64,000 nt of DNA, taken from contig DHKB01000019.1 of the NCBI GenBank assembly GCA_002407045.1, forward strand, positions 2,944-66,943, written 5' to 3'. Below the pieces are notes generated by a model. That model had not been told where the DNA came from. It searched no databases and worked only from the letters and a program-made list of their open reading frames with translations. Positions 35,939 through 44,681 of this stretch are shown piece by piece. Numbering within the stretch: position 1 is the first letter of the stretch; each line of letters starts with the position of its first letter. A program made the translations under genes and the position numbers. The stretch is from Candidatus Bruticola papionis (GTDB lineage Bacteria > Vulcanimicrobiota > Xenobia > Xenobiales > Xenobiaceae).

Positions 35939-37987
35939 TTAGCCGTCGATCATTTCCTTTTCTTTTTCAAACATGTCGCTAATTTGTTGCCTAGCTGTAG
36001 AGCCTGAGGTAGTAGCTCCGTCCAAAGAATCTAAGCCCAAAGAACTGAAAGATACTTTGGTGGCGAAAGTTTGATTATGAATTTCTGCGGCCAATTTTTC
36101 GGCAGTTTTTTTAGTACTATCTTCCAATTTTACTGAGGAAGAAGAGAGCACGCTGCCATCTAAGCCGTAAAGCTCAGCAGTCATTCGGCCACCTTGCATA
36201 TGTATGCGCATAGTTAATCCTGTGTTAGTGACTTTGAAGCGAGGTGAACTTCCCAACATGCTAATAAGTTGTTTGGAAGCTGACGAACCATCACCCTGAC
36301 AAGTAATAGGTACGCTTATTTCCATATGACGTATAGAAGTAGGTGTAGAAGTGATCAATTGGGCATAATAATTGGCCGCAGTTTGAAAATCGCCTTTGGC
36401 ATAAGAGAGCTGGGCCACTCTAGCTGCAGCTAAAGAGCGTACTAAGCGAGCTGCCTGAGGCAAGGTCTTCAAAACTTTTTGGTAGTTCTTTAAAGAAGTA
36501 TCGTAATTGCCAAATTGATAAGCTATTTCAGCACGGTGTAACAAAAGATAGGGCTCTTCTACGGGCAAATTGTCGGGAGCTTCCTGGAATATTTCATCTA
36601 TAGCTGTAGCACATAAGCCGGGGCCGAGAATTTTTATCAGTAACGGCTTATAGCATTCGTCAGCGCTAATAGATTGTGCATTGTAAGGGCGGAAGCTGCT
36701 GGCTACGCGCTTATTTTCAGTAATTAAGGCGCGAATACGCGAAGACGAACGCCACAATTCATAGCTTATAGCGATAATTTGGCCGCGCACTTTAAAGCTT
36801 TGCCAAAAAGGTGTCCAACTGAGCTCTTCGCGTTTGCATTCGCGCATAGCTTTTAAAGAAGCGTACCAAGTAAGCAAGTTGCCAGCTTCAGCCTGGTCAA
36901 TATCTAAGGAAGTACCTCCTTGACGGTCAGGGCGATTGACTAAACGCTTTAAACGCTCGCAAGCTTCGGGAATAAGGCCCAGCTCCATAAGCAAGGCGCC
37001 AGTTGTTTGCAAATTGTCGGCCATAAATTGCTGATAGAGGAAGGGACGCATGGCGCGGGCCCGCTCGTAAGTCTTTTTAAGGCAACTGGCTGCGTCGGTA
37101 AACTTAGCTTCAGCAATATATAAATTGGTTAAATCGTTGAAAGGGTTGGTGTAAGCCTGATCGCTAAAAGGAACGCGGGAAGCTTCATTAAAGAATTGCT
37201 CAGCTTCATCAAAACGTCCCAAGGCCAAAGCCGTTTCGCCACAATTGCGCAATACCGTCGGATCAGGAGTTTTACCCCTCTCTTTAGTTTCGTTTACTAA
37301 GTTGCGAAAAGCATTGTAAGAGGCTTGGTAATTACCACATTCCGATTCCAAGGCTCCCAAGCTATTCCAGGCTATTTCTCTGGCACTGATGTTGCCAGAA
37401 TTGAAGGCGTCAGAGATAACTTTGCGAGCCTCTTCTTCGCGATCCAACTTCATTAAAGGCCAAGCTTTGTCTACGGCAAAATTGCTAAAACCGGGCAAGC
37501 TGGCCAATTCGTCCACTACTTTTATCTTGGCTTTGTAATCGTCCATTTCGCCAAGAACCTGACAAAGCTGGATCTGAACGCCTAAGAATAAAGAACCATC
37601 AGTGCCATTATTAAAGCTTCGCAACCTGCGCAATAAAGTTTTTTTGGCCAGTTCCAAGTTGTGGCGAGCTCTAGGCAAATCACCTTCGGCGCAATGGAAG
37701 ACTACACCTAAAATAGCATGGCCAACTGGAGAATCTTTGTCTTGTCTAAGTTTTTCTTCAGCGAATTTGCGCCAGGCAATCATATTTTGGCTATCATTAG
37801 CTATTTGCAATAGCTCTTCGCCACCAATGTCGCCTTTGCTTAAAGTTTCAAAAGTTGGGGACTTCTCGTCGCCTAAAGCTGGGCTGCTGAATAAAGGTAT
37901 CATGGACAGAGCGAATAGCACAGCAATGGCGATAAATAAACGCTTATACAAACCATTTTTTGAGCGAATCGAAAGAAGTTGGTACAT
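35939..37987 (-). CDS. Large secreted TPR-repeat protein (BatC-like?)
   Basis: An N-terminal signal/TM is followed by many TPR-like helices. It lies directly downstream of MoxR on the same strand. Confidence 0.6.
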   Translation of the reverse strand: MYQLLSIRSKNGLYKRLFIAIAVLFALSMIPLFSSPALGDEKSPTFETLSKGDIGGEELLQIANDSQNMIAWRKFAEEKLRQDKDSPVGHAILGVVFHCAEGDLPRARHNLELAKKTLLRRLRSFNNGTDGSLFLGVQIQLCQVLGEMDDYKAKIKVVDELASLPGFSNFAVDKAWPLMKLDREEEARKVISDAFNSGNISAREIAWNSLGALESECGNYQASYNAFRNLVNETKERGKTPDPTVLRNCGETALALGRFDEAEQFFNEASRVPFSDQAYTNPFNDLTNLYIAEAKFTDAASCLKKTYERARAMRPFLYQQFMADNLQTTGALLMELGLIPEACERLKRLVNRPDRQGGTSLDIDQAEAGNLLTWYASLKAMRECKREELSWTPFWQSFKVRGQIIAISYELWRSSSRIRALITENKRVASSFRPYNAQSISADECYKPLLIKILGPGLCATAIDEIFQEAPDNLPVEEPYLLLHRAEIAYQFGNYDTSLKNYQKVLKTLPQAARLVRSLAAARVAQLSYAKGDFQTAANYYAQLITSTPTSIRHMEISVPITCQGDGSSASKQLISMLGSSPRFKVTNTGLTMRIHMQGGRMTAELYGLDGSVLSSSSVKLEDSTKKTAEKLAAEIHNQTFATKVSFSSLGLDSLDGATTSGSTARQQISDMFEKEKEMIDG

Positions 37988-38027
37988 GATTTTTCCCTTC
38001 TGAGCAGCTTATATATGTTCATATTTA

Positions 38028-38071
38028 TTTTCAGATCTAATGATCTTTTCATCGATCATTAGATCTGAAAA
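38028..38071. other. Perfect 18-bp inverted repeat TTTTCAGATCTAATGATC-ttttcatc-GATCATTAGATCTGAAAA abutting the MoxR stop codon
   Basis: The inverted repeat is visible in the sequence. It lies 40 bp before the start of the downstream TPR gene. It could be an intra-operon terminator/attenuator or a palindromic operator. Confidence 0.5.
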
Positions 38072-39082
38072 TCATTTCTTAAGAGTCGAGCGGCACAAGG
38101 CTTCCAGAGGGCCTTTGCAACATTCTCTTATGACTTTAATCGGATCTTCAATACCGGCAGCTAATTCCAAACGATGGGCGAAAACATAGGGCACAAGGTA
38201 AGAAACATCTTCAGCAGTTACGTAGTCGCGGGCTCGTTTCAGGGCGCAAGCTTTAAGAGCTGGCAACATTAAGACTAAGCTTCGGGTAGATATGCCTTGA
38301 GCTACATGTGGCGATTGACGCACAGCGTTAGCCATATCTACCAAGCATTGATTGATACGATCGTCAACATAAATATACTGATCGATAGCTTGACGAGCAT
38401 CTAAAATTGCTGTTTTGGGCACCATAGGAAATTCATTGCCCGGAGGATTACGCCTTTCTTGAATTGAGCGCAATACATCCAATTCCGATTCTCTATCAAT
38501 ATTATTCATGCGGATCTTAAACAGAAAACGGTCGTGCTGAGCCACAGGCAAAGGATAAGTACCGGCTTGATCTCTGGGGTTTTGGGTGGCAATTACAAAG
38601 AAAAGTTTGCCCAAATTGTGGGACGTATTATCTACAGTAACTTGCTTTTCGGCCATAGCTTCCAACATAGCTGCCTGAACTTTGGGAGAAGTACGGTTAA
38701 TTTCGTCAGCCAGCACTATGTGAGCAAAAATAGGGCCGGGGCGGAAAGTAAAAGTACCGTTATCAGGATCAAATACCGTCATGCCGGTAATATCGGAAGG
38801 GAGCAAGTCGGGAGTAAACTGGATACGCCTGAACATCGTGATCGGAGGTTCGGGATTATCATTATATATAGATTCTCCCAAAGCTTTGGCTAAGGTTGTT
38901 TTTCCGGAACCGGGGAAGTCTTCCAAAAGCACGTGACCGTCAGCTAAGATGGCAATTAAAATAAGCTCGATGACGCGATCTCGTCCGCGCACCGCTCTTT
39001 TTAAGCGCGACTCCATAGTAAGGAGCAAATTGTAAGCCTTATCTAAGCGAGCAGCTCGGTTAGCTTGCGAAGTTCTATCCAA
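38072..39082 (-). CDS. MoxR-family AAA+ ATPase
   Basis: Walker A DFPGSGKTTLAKAL, Walker B HIVLADEINR and sensor regions are present. The roughly 330 aa size is typical of MoxR. Confidence 0.9.
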   Translation of the reverse strand: MDRTSQANRAARLDKAYNLLLTMESRLKRAVRGRDRVIELILIAILADGHVLLEDFPGSGKTTLAKALGESIYNDNPEPPITMFRRIQFTPDLLPSDITGMTVFDPDNGTFTFRPGPIFAHIVLADEINRTSPKVQAAMLEAMAEKQVTVDNTSHNLGKLFFVIATQNPRDQAGTYPLPVAQHDRFLFKIRMNNIDRESELDVLRSIQERRNPPGNEFPMVPKTAILDARQAIDQYIYVDDRINQCLVDMANAVRQSPHVAQGISTRSLVLMLPALKACALKRARDYVTAEDVSYLVPYVFAHRLELAAGIEDPIKVIRECCKGPLEALCRSTLKK

Positions 39083-39138
39083 GATAAGTTTCCTCCGTCT
39101 GAGTGGACATTAGTTTTAAAAATTTATTAGGTTTAATG

Positions 39139-41493
39139 TTAACGCACAAAGAGCCAAGCGAAAGGATTCAGTATGCCTATCAAGCGTCGCCACCAAGGAG
39201 CGCAGCTGGACAATTCCGACTTAAACTGAGCGTAGTGTGAGGCACATTCGGAAGTGCTTGGCAAAGGTGTGCGAGAAACGAATTGTACTTGAGCATTTTC
39301 ACCTAAATGGCAACGCACGTGCCATTGGGTCAATTTTTGCAAAGCTGGTAACTTATCGGCCCAACGGGAGGCAAACTCTTCGCGTGTCTCTCCGTAGTGG
39401 CGACGTATACCTATTTCAGCTAGCGATACTAAAGCAGCCTTATAGATGCAATCAGCTCGCTTAGCGCCAGAGCTCAAATGGGCCATAAGGTGAATGTAAA
39501 CTTTATGTGCCCAAGCGGCAATAAAAGCTAAAATTGCTGCTATAGCCAGCAACCAGCCCAAAGCTTTTACCAAAGAGCGCATTTGCATTTGCATATCGAC
39601 CGGCTTTTGGGAGACGCCTTCTTTGTCTGCCGATTCTTCGCGGGCCATTTCGCCGAACATCTTTTGCAAGTCGGGATCAGGCGGTTCCGGAGGAGTTACA
39701 TTGGAGCGCTCGGGAGAAACGTCGACAGGGTACCAACCAAGTCCCTGGATGTAGACCTCGCACCAAGAGTGGGCGCTGTTATTCATGATCAGCAAAGCCG
39801 ATCCGCCGTAAGTATTTTTAGCGTCTACAGCGTAGCCTTCGGCGACACGGGCTGGAATACCAATAGAACGGCACAAATAGGCCAAAGCGTTGGCATTATG
39901 GACACAGTATCCAATTCGATCTCCGAAAAGGTACTTAGAAACAACGTCGTCCTTATCGGTGATCTTCACCTTAGTATCGTAAGTGCTGTTTTTATCAAGC
40001 CACAGCTTCATAACATACACTTTGGCCATAGGCAAAGACCTAAAAGCAGCGGGCAAATCATTTTGAATTTGCAAAGCTAACTCTTTATAGCGCTTGTCAT
40101 TAGGCAATTGAGTATAATAGTCTATGTCGGCCTTTGACCATTGTGGGTTATTAAGTTTAGCCTGAAGTAAAGTATCTATTTTACCAGTAAAAGAGCGCGA
40201 ATCTACACTATAGGCTCCCACAAACTGACTGCTGTTGGGGTTAGAAGCAGCACTCATAGCCAGAGGGTTTAATAAACCAAATGGTTTACTATGATTTTCA
40301 ATTAAACTAACTTTCGTATTAACAGCCTTTGTTTTAGTAGCATCTATCGAGGGAGGGGTAAGCGGATTGGGCGCATTAAACTGAGGAAAGCCGGAAGCTA
40401 TATCGTGATCGTAGCGCCCGGAAACGTCATTCACCAACTTGCGACCGTTAAAGAAACTCTTGGCGTCTTGGCGGAAGTAATAGTAGCCTTCCGGAGGTGC
40501 ATAATCGTCGTTAAAGACAACTACAGCCACAGGCTTTGATTTGGGCGATTCTGAGGAATTGTCATTTTTATCTTGATTGTCGCTTTGGCCTCCGCCTTGG
40601 TTGTTGTCCTTATCGTTGTTCTGTTGGTTATTATTTTTATCTTTGTCGTCTTTGTCGTCTTGCTTTTGCTGATCTTGATTGGGCTGCTGGTCTTGATTTT
40701 GCTCATCTTTTTGCTGATCTTGACCTTGGTTGCCGCCCTCTTTGCCTTTAGCTTTTTCTTGTTGCTCGCCTTTAGCATTGCCGCTCATAAGTTGTTCGGG
40801 CAAAGGCTGATGCAAATCTTTAAGGGGCAGAAAAACTCCGACCAAAGAAATAATAACTATTAAAATAGACAAGTCGGCCAAAGTACGCTTATTAAAACGC
40901 CCTACAATAAGGAAAACCAAGGCAATGGCCAAAATAACGCCGGCAGCAATAAAGAAGGGAATAGGATCCCAGCCCCTAGACCAGAGCGGATCGACGAAGA
41001 AATAGGGGCGGCTGATAAAACCGTCGCGGTGGGCCGACAAAGGTAAAAGAGCAATGTTAGCTACGATAATTAGTTCGACGGCTACAAACCAAGGCTTACG
41101 TATGCTTATGGCATGGATAACCATGACTAAGAAAAAGCAATCTATAAACCAAACTAGGCCTTGAGAGAATAAACTGGCATTCTCTGGAGAGGCAAAGAGA
41201 GAAGCCATAAAGGCGCTATTAACGGGTATATCGGCCAAATAAACAAAGATACGATCGAGTATCAGTGCTCCCAAGGCGAATACTGGTATGCGCAAGCGCT
41301 TGGAAGAGAGCCAATAAGAGAACCAAAAACCTAAAATTCCTCCCACAAAGGCACCGAAAATACCATTGGCCACAGAGATGGTGGAGGCATTTATGGCTAA
41401 AATAACGCCCCACATTAAACTGTTAAAAGAGCGCTCTAAAAATGTGCCTATGCCAAAAGAAGATTTTTTCTTTCCTGAGGTCATGCCGTCCAT
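39139..41493 (-). CDS. Transglutaminase-like membrane protein (DUF3488/TGase-core/DUF4129-type) with Q/D/K/N-rich low-complexity insert
   Basis: Multiple N-terminal TMs are present. The TGase catalytic Cys region is GYCVHNANALAYLCRSIGIPARVAEGYA, with a downstream His/Asp and a C-terminal TM. Confidence 0.8.
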   Translation of the reverse strand: MDGMTSGKKKSSFGIGTFLERSFNSLMWGVILAINASTISVANGIFGAFVGGILGFWFSYWLSSKRLRIPVFALGALILDRIFVYLADIPVNSAFMASLFASPENASLFSQGLVWFIDCFFLVMVIHAISIRKPWFVAVELIIVANIALLPLSAHRDGFISRPYFFVDPLWSRGWDPIPFFIAAGVILAIALVFLIVGRFNKRTLADLSILIVIISLVGVFLPLKDLHQPLPEQLMSGNAKGEQQEKAKGKEGGNQGQDQQKDEQNQDQQPNQDQQKQDDKDDKDKNNNQQNNDKDNNQGGGQSDNQDKNDNSSESPKSKPVAVVVFNDDYAPPEGYYYFRQDAKSFFNGRKLVNDVSGRYDHDIASGFPQFNAPNPLTPPSIDATKTKAVNTKVSLIENHSKPFGLLNPLAMSAASNPNSSQFVGAYSVDSRSFTGKIDTLLQAKLNNPQWSKADIDYYTQLPNDKRYKELALQIQNDLPAAFRSLPMAKVYVMKLWLDKNSTYDTKVKITDKDDVVSKYLFGDRIGYCVHNANALAYLCRSIGIPARVAEGYAVDAKNTYGGSALLIMNNSAHSWCEVYIQGLGWYPVDVSPERSNVTPPEPPDPDLQKMFGEMAREESADKEGVSQKPVDMQMQMRSLVKALGWLLAIAAILAFIAAWAHKVYIHLMAHLSSGAKRADCIYKAALVSLAEIGIRRHYGETREEFASRWADKLPALQKLTQWHVRCHLGENAQVQFVSRTPLPSTSECASHYAQFKSELSSCAPWWRRLIGILNPFAWLFVR
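40533..40790. repeat. Cryptic short-period DNA repeats encoding the Q/D/K/N-rich segment of the transglutaminase-like protein
   Basis: The DNA shows reiterated tcttg/ttgct/gatctt units. Overlapping spurious ORFs arise on both strands here (40521-40778, 40536-40751, 40573-40863). Confidence 0.5.
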
Positions 41494-41500
41494 ATGCTAA

Positions 41501-42985
41501 CTAGACCGCCTTTTCCTGAGCTTGCAAATAAGCAGCCGCGTTATTTATGATGCGTCCCGTAGCTGTTTCGCATAAGATCATGGGAGTATTGGGACTTTGT
41601 AAAGTTTGGGCAATCTTAGAAGGAGCTTCCAAATGCACCTCGTTTGCATCAATATAAAGCCACTTTTCCCAAGGCTGTTTCTTTTTGTCTTCAGCTTCTG
41701 TTAAATTTTGATCGACGCCCATAAGCCAAGTAATGGTAAGGTGGGTGTCTCTGACCGCTCCCAGAGCGTTTTTTACCCAGTCTCCATAAGCGGCTGGCAC
41801 AAACACAAAGCAACTATGGTAGCCGAGTTTGGAAGCTTCTTCCAAAAATTTTCTCAAGCCGCAAAGCTCCCTTGATTCTGCATTTCCGGAAGAAGCTAAG
41901 AAATCGAGTGCTTCACTCATAATGGAAGTTGTTCCGACGCAGCCGTCGGCGCCGAAGAGCCAGCTATCGCCCAAAATTTTAGACTCGAGAATTGAACGAG
42001 CAAAAGAAGCGCTGGCTTCGTCGTTGGGGCCGGATACCAAATAGGCGCAAGTACGTGTCTGAGCGGTAAGCGCTCTTTCCGGCATACGGACGACTAAGCG
42101 GCGACTGCGGGCATAAACTTTCCACAATATCGAGCGAGAGGAGTCGCCTGGGACGTATTGGCGCATTTCTATAAGATCGCCCTGGGGCGAACCGAAAGGA
42201 TCGGAAATATCTTCGCCGCCAGCCATGCTTAAGGTGATGCTGCTGCTTTTTACGGCGCTGGGTTTGGGATAAGCTTTAAACTTAACATTTTGAGTACTCA
42301 CCCAAGTCACGTCGGCCAGCCCCAAAATGTCTTCCACTCTAAAGCGACGGCTAATCTTTTCTACACTACAACGGTGGTTGACTGTAATATATTCAGCAAC
42401 AGAAGATAAGCTTTGCTTACATTCGGTTTCAACTTCCGCCGGATAGAGCCATTCAATAGAAATATTGACAAAAGGAACAGGTAAAAAGGCTATTTCCAAT
42501 CCTGACTTGGACTGATACATAGTGGAAGTACTTATATCTGATAAGCCAACTTCGCATTTAGCTCTCCAATGTATAGCTAAATAAATAGCACCTATGCTTA
42601 CGGCCAAAATCATCAAGATACCGACGATCATAAGAGCTACGGAAGCGGAGATCCAGACTATATCGTCTTCTCCTAAGGCTACAAAGTAAAAAGTTAGGGC
42701 CAGCAGAATCATATAAGCTAATCCCATACCTGTAATGGGAATGAAGCCACCAACTGTTTTTATAAACTTGAAAGTTTTTGCTGAGGCGCCACGCAAAACT
42801 GCAGCCCAAGAACGTCTTTTTTCCGAATTGTTTTCCAAAAGTTCATCCTCTTCAGACTGAACCGTCAAGTCTGTCATTCCATACTCTTTTTTAGCTTGCA
42901 TTATAGCAAACGCAGAAGCTGATTGGGTCAACTTAGCCTTAGGCTTAGATATTGAAGAGGTACTTTTATTTCCTCTATATGACAA
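41501..42985 (-). CDS. DUF58-family protein (MoxR-partner, vWA-like), N-terminal TM helices
   Basis: It has the DUF58 signature MRQYVPGDSSRSILWKVYARSRRLVVR. It lies directly upstream of the transglutaminase and MoxR genes. Confidence 0.75.
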   Translation of the reverse strand: MSYRGNKSTSSISKPKAKLTQSASAFAIMQAKKEYGMTDLTVQSEEDELLENNSEKRRSWAAVLRGASAKTFKFIKTVGGFIPITGMGLAYMILLALTFYFVALGEDDIVWISASVALMIVGILMILAVSIGAIYLAIHWRAKCEVGLSDISTSTMYQSKSGLEIAFLPVPFVNISIEWLYPAEVETECKQSLSSVAEYITVNHRCSVEKISRRFRVEDILGLADVTWVSTQNVKFKAYPKPSAVKSSSITLSMAGGEDISDPFGSPQGDLIEMRQYVPGDSSRSILWKVYARSRRLVVRMPERALTAQTRTCAYLVSGPNDEASASFARSILESKILGDSWLFGADGCVGTTSIMSEALDFLASSGNAESRELCGLRKFLEEASKLGYHSCFVFVPAAYGDWVKNALGAVRDTHLTITWLMGVDQNLTEAEDKKKQPWEKWLYIDANEVHLEAPSKIAQTLQSPNTPMILCETATGRIINNAAAYLQAQEKAV

Positions 42986-43069
42986 AAAATATTAGTTTAT
43001 AATTAAGTATCGTTCAAAATTTAAAGAAAAGTAGTTGATCTCAAACAATAAGAATAATAATCTTCAATA

Positions 43070-43834
43070 ATGCAAAGCGTTTCAAATATGTCTATTCCCT
43101 TGTCCTGGAAAGCGATTGTCAAGCAAGTATTTGGACTTGACGCCGAAATTCAGGCTGTTTACTTCTATGAGAGCAAGAAAAATCAAGTTTCTCGTCTCAG
43201 GCTTATTGTTAATGGGGAGCAGACTGACGTCATTGCCAAAAAATATGTTTGGGGAGACATGGATAGTGAAATCGCTGTCCTGAAGAAAGCTGATAGCTTA
43301 GATTTAAATGTCCCCGGTTTTATCGCCAGGTTTTCCGATATAGCCTTTTTTACTCCTGTACCCGGAGTTTCCATGCATAATCCTATTACTGAAAAGCAAG
43401 CTAGTCTCTTGGGTGAATGGATGAGGTCATTCCATGAGAATATGACTCCTCAGAGAGCTAGAGGCACCTTTTTGCGTGGCGATTGTACTTTAAAAAATTT
43501 TTTATACGACGAAGAGGGAGAAAAAATCTACTCCTTAGACTTCGAACAAGCTTACTTTGGCCCGGCCGAAGATGATTTGGCTGAATTGATCGTTACCTTG
43601 CTCTCTGGAGCTAAAGCTGAAAGCGTATGGGAGTCACCGCACATTTTAGCTGTTAAAACTATGCTTAGAGCTTACAAGCGCAAATTCAACGCTGTTTTTT
43701 TGTTTGAAGAAATTCTTCAAGGCTTGGCCAACCGCTTGGAATTTCGTCGGGAATTTGCTTCGGAAATCCAAGCTTTAATCGATGAATTTAGTAAACACAA
43801 GACTTCTTTTGTTGAATTATTAGAAAATAGATAA
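43070..43834 (+). CDS. Small protein-kinase-like fold protein (APH/Kdo-kinase/RIO-like)
   Basis: It has an N-lobe Lys (VIAKKY), a catalytic-loop-like RGDCTLKNFL and a DFG-like DFEQA. The assignment is by motif only. Confidence 0.4.
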   Translation: MQSVSNMSIPLSWKAIVKQVFGLDAEIQAVYFYESKKNQVSRLRLIVNGEQTDVIAKKYVWGDMDSEIAVLKKADSLDLNVPGFIARFSDIAFFTPVPGVSMHNPITEKQASLLGEWMRSFHENMTPQRARGTFLRGDCTLKNFLYDEEGEKIYSLDFEQAYFGPAEDDLAELIVTLLSGAKAESVWESPHILAVKTMLRAYKRKFNAVFLFEEILQGLANRLEFRREFASEIQALIDEFSKHKTSFVELLENR

Positions 43835-43883
43835 CTATTTTTGCAGTCAAATTCAGACTGGAAAGAAGCAGGTTGAGTTTATT

Positions 43884-44501
43884 TTGGTACAATCAGAAAG
43901 CAAAAGATCTTGGGGAAATTTAGGGGATAAGGCTGATAATTTTTTATTGTGGGAAAAACGCTATAGCATGAAGGGACGCGGTCCCAAAGAGCCTGAACCT
44001 TTTGTTGTAGAGTGTTTGCCTTACATGGCTAAAGGCAAAGTGTTGGATATTGCCTGTGGAGAAGGAAGACACGCTCTTTACTTAGCTCAAGCTTCCGCTT
44101 CTTTTGACGTTTTTGGTTTAGATCGATCGCCAACTGCTATAAAAGCTGCTACAGAACGAGCTGCGCAATTGGGCCTTCGCGCCAATTTCGCAGTACGCGA
44201 TTTGGAAAAAGAATTTCTACCTGACAAAATTTTTAGCACTATAGTGGTGACGCGCTATTGGCAAGCTGATTTGTGCCCCCATATTGTCAATCATTTGGCT
44301 ATTGGTGGCGTTTTAGTTTATGAAACTTACACTTTGGATTATTTACGTTATGGAGAACGTACGCGCAGCCATTTATTACAAAGCGGTCAATTACGGGAAA
44401 CTTTTGCTCAGCTTGGCTTAAAAATTGACTATTATGCTGAAGTTGACCGTCCGGAGACTAGGGAATATTCTGCTAGGCTTAGGGCTATAAAAATTTCTTA
44501 A
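43884..44501 (+). CDS. Class I SAM-dependent methyltransferase, TehB-like
   Basis: It has SAM motif I VLDIACGEGRHALYLA and a TehB-like size and layout. The start may be the internal Met (MKGRGP). Confidence 0.6.
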   Translation: MVQSESKRSWGNLGDKADNFLLWEKRYSMKGRGPKEPEPFVVECLPYMAKGKVLDIACGEGRHALYLAQASASFDVFGLDRSPTAIKAATERAAQLGLRANFAVRDLEKEFLPDKIFSTIVVTRYWQADLCPHIVNHLAIGGVLVYETYTLDYLRYGERTRSHLLQSGQLRETFAQLGLKIDYYAEVDRPETREYSARLRAIKIS

Positions 44502-44553
44502 TTTAGCTTATACTAATTTTCGTAGATTCGGCGTTTTTTTCTGACCTAATGGA

Positions 44554-44572
44554 GCTCCCAAAACCTGGGAGC
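44554..44572. other. Short hairpin GCTCCCA-aaacc-TGGGAGC downstream of the methyltransferase gene
   Basis: A 7-bp stem lies in the 180-bp intergenic region before the alpha-2-macroglobulin gene. It is a weak terminator candidate. Confidence 0.3.
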
Positions 44573-44681
44573 GTATATTTACCTTTCGATTTTTATTGTC
44601 CACTTGTACTACAAGCAAAACAACTACTGGAAATACGATTTTAATAATTTAACTATAAATAAAATAGGCAGGTGTCGGCGT

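Noticed and set aside
40521-40863. Three overlapping ORFs (85, 71, 96 aa) encoding poly-K/T or poly-L/V peptides.
   Set aside because: They are artefacts of the short-period repeat DNA encoding the Q/D/K/N-rich tract of the transglutaminase-like gene, on other frames or the other strand.
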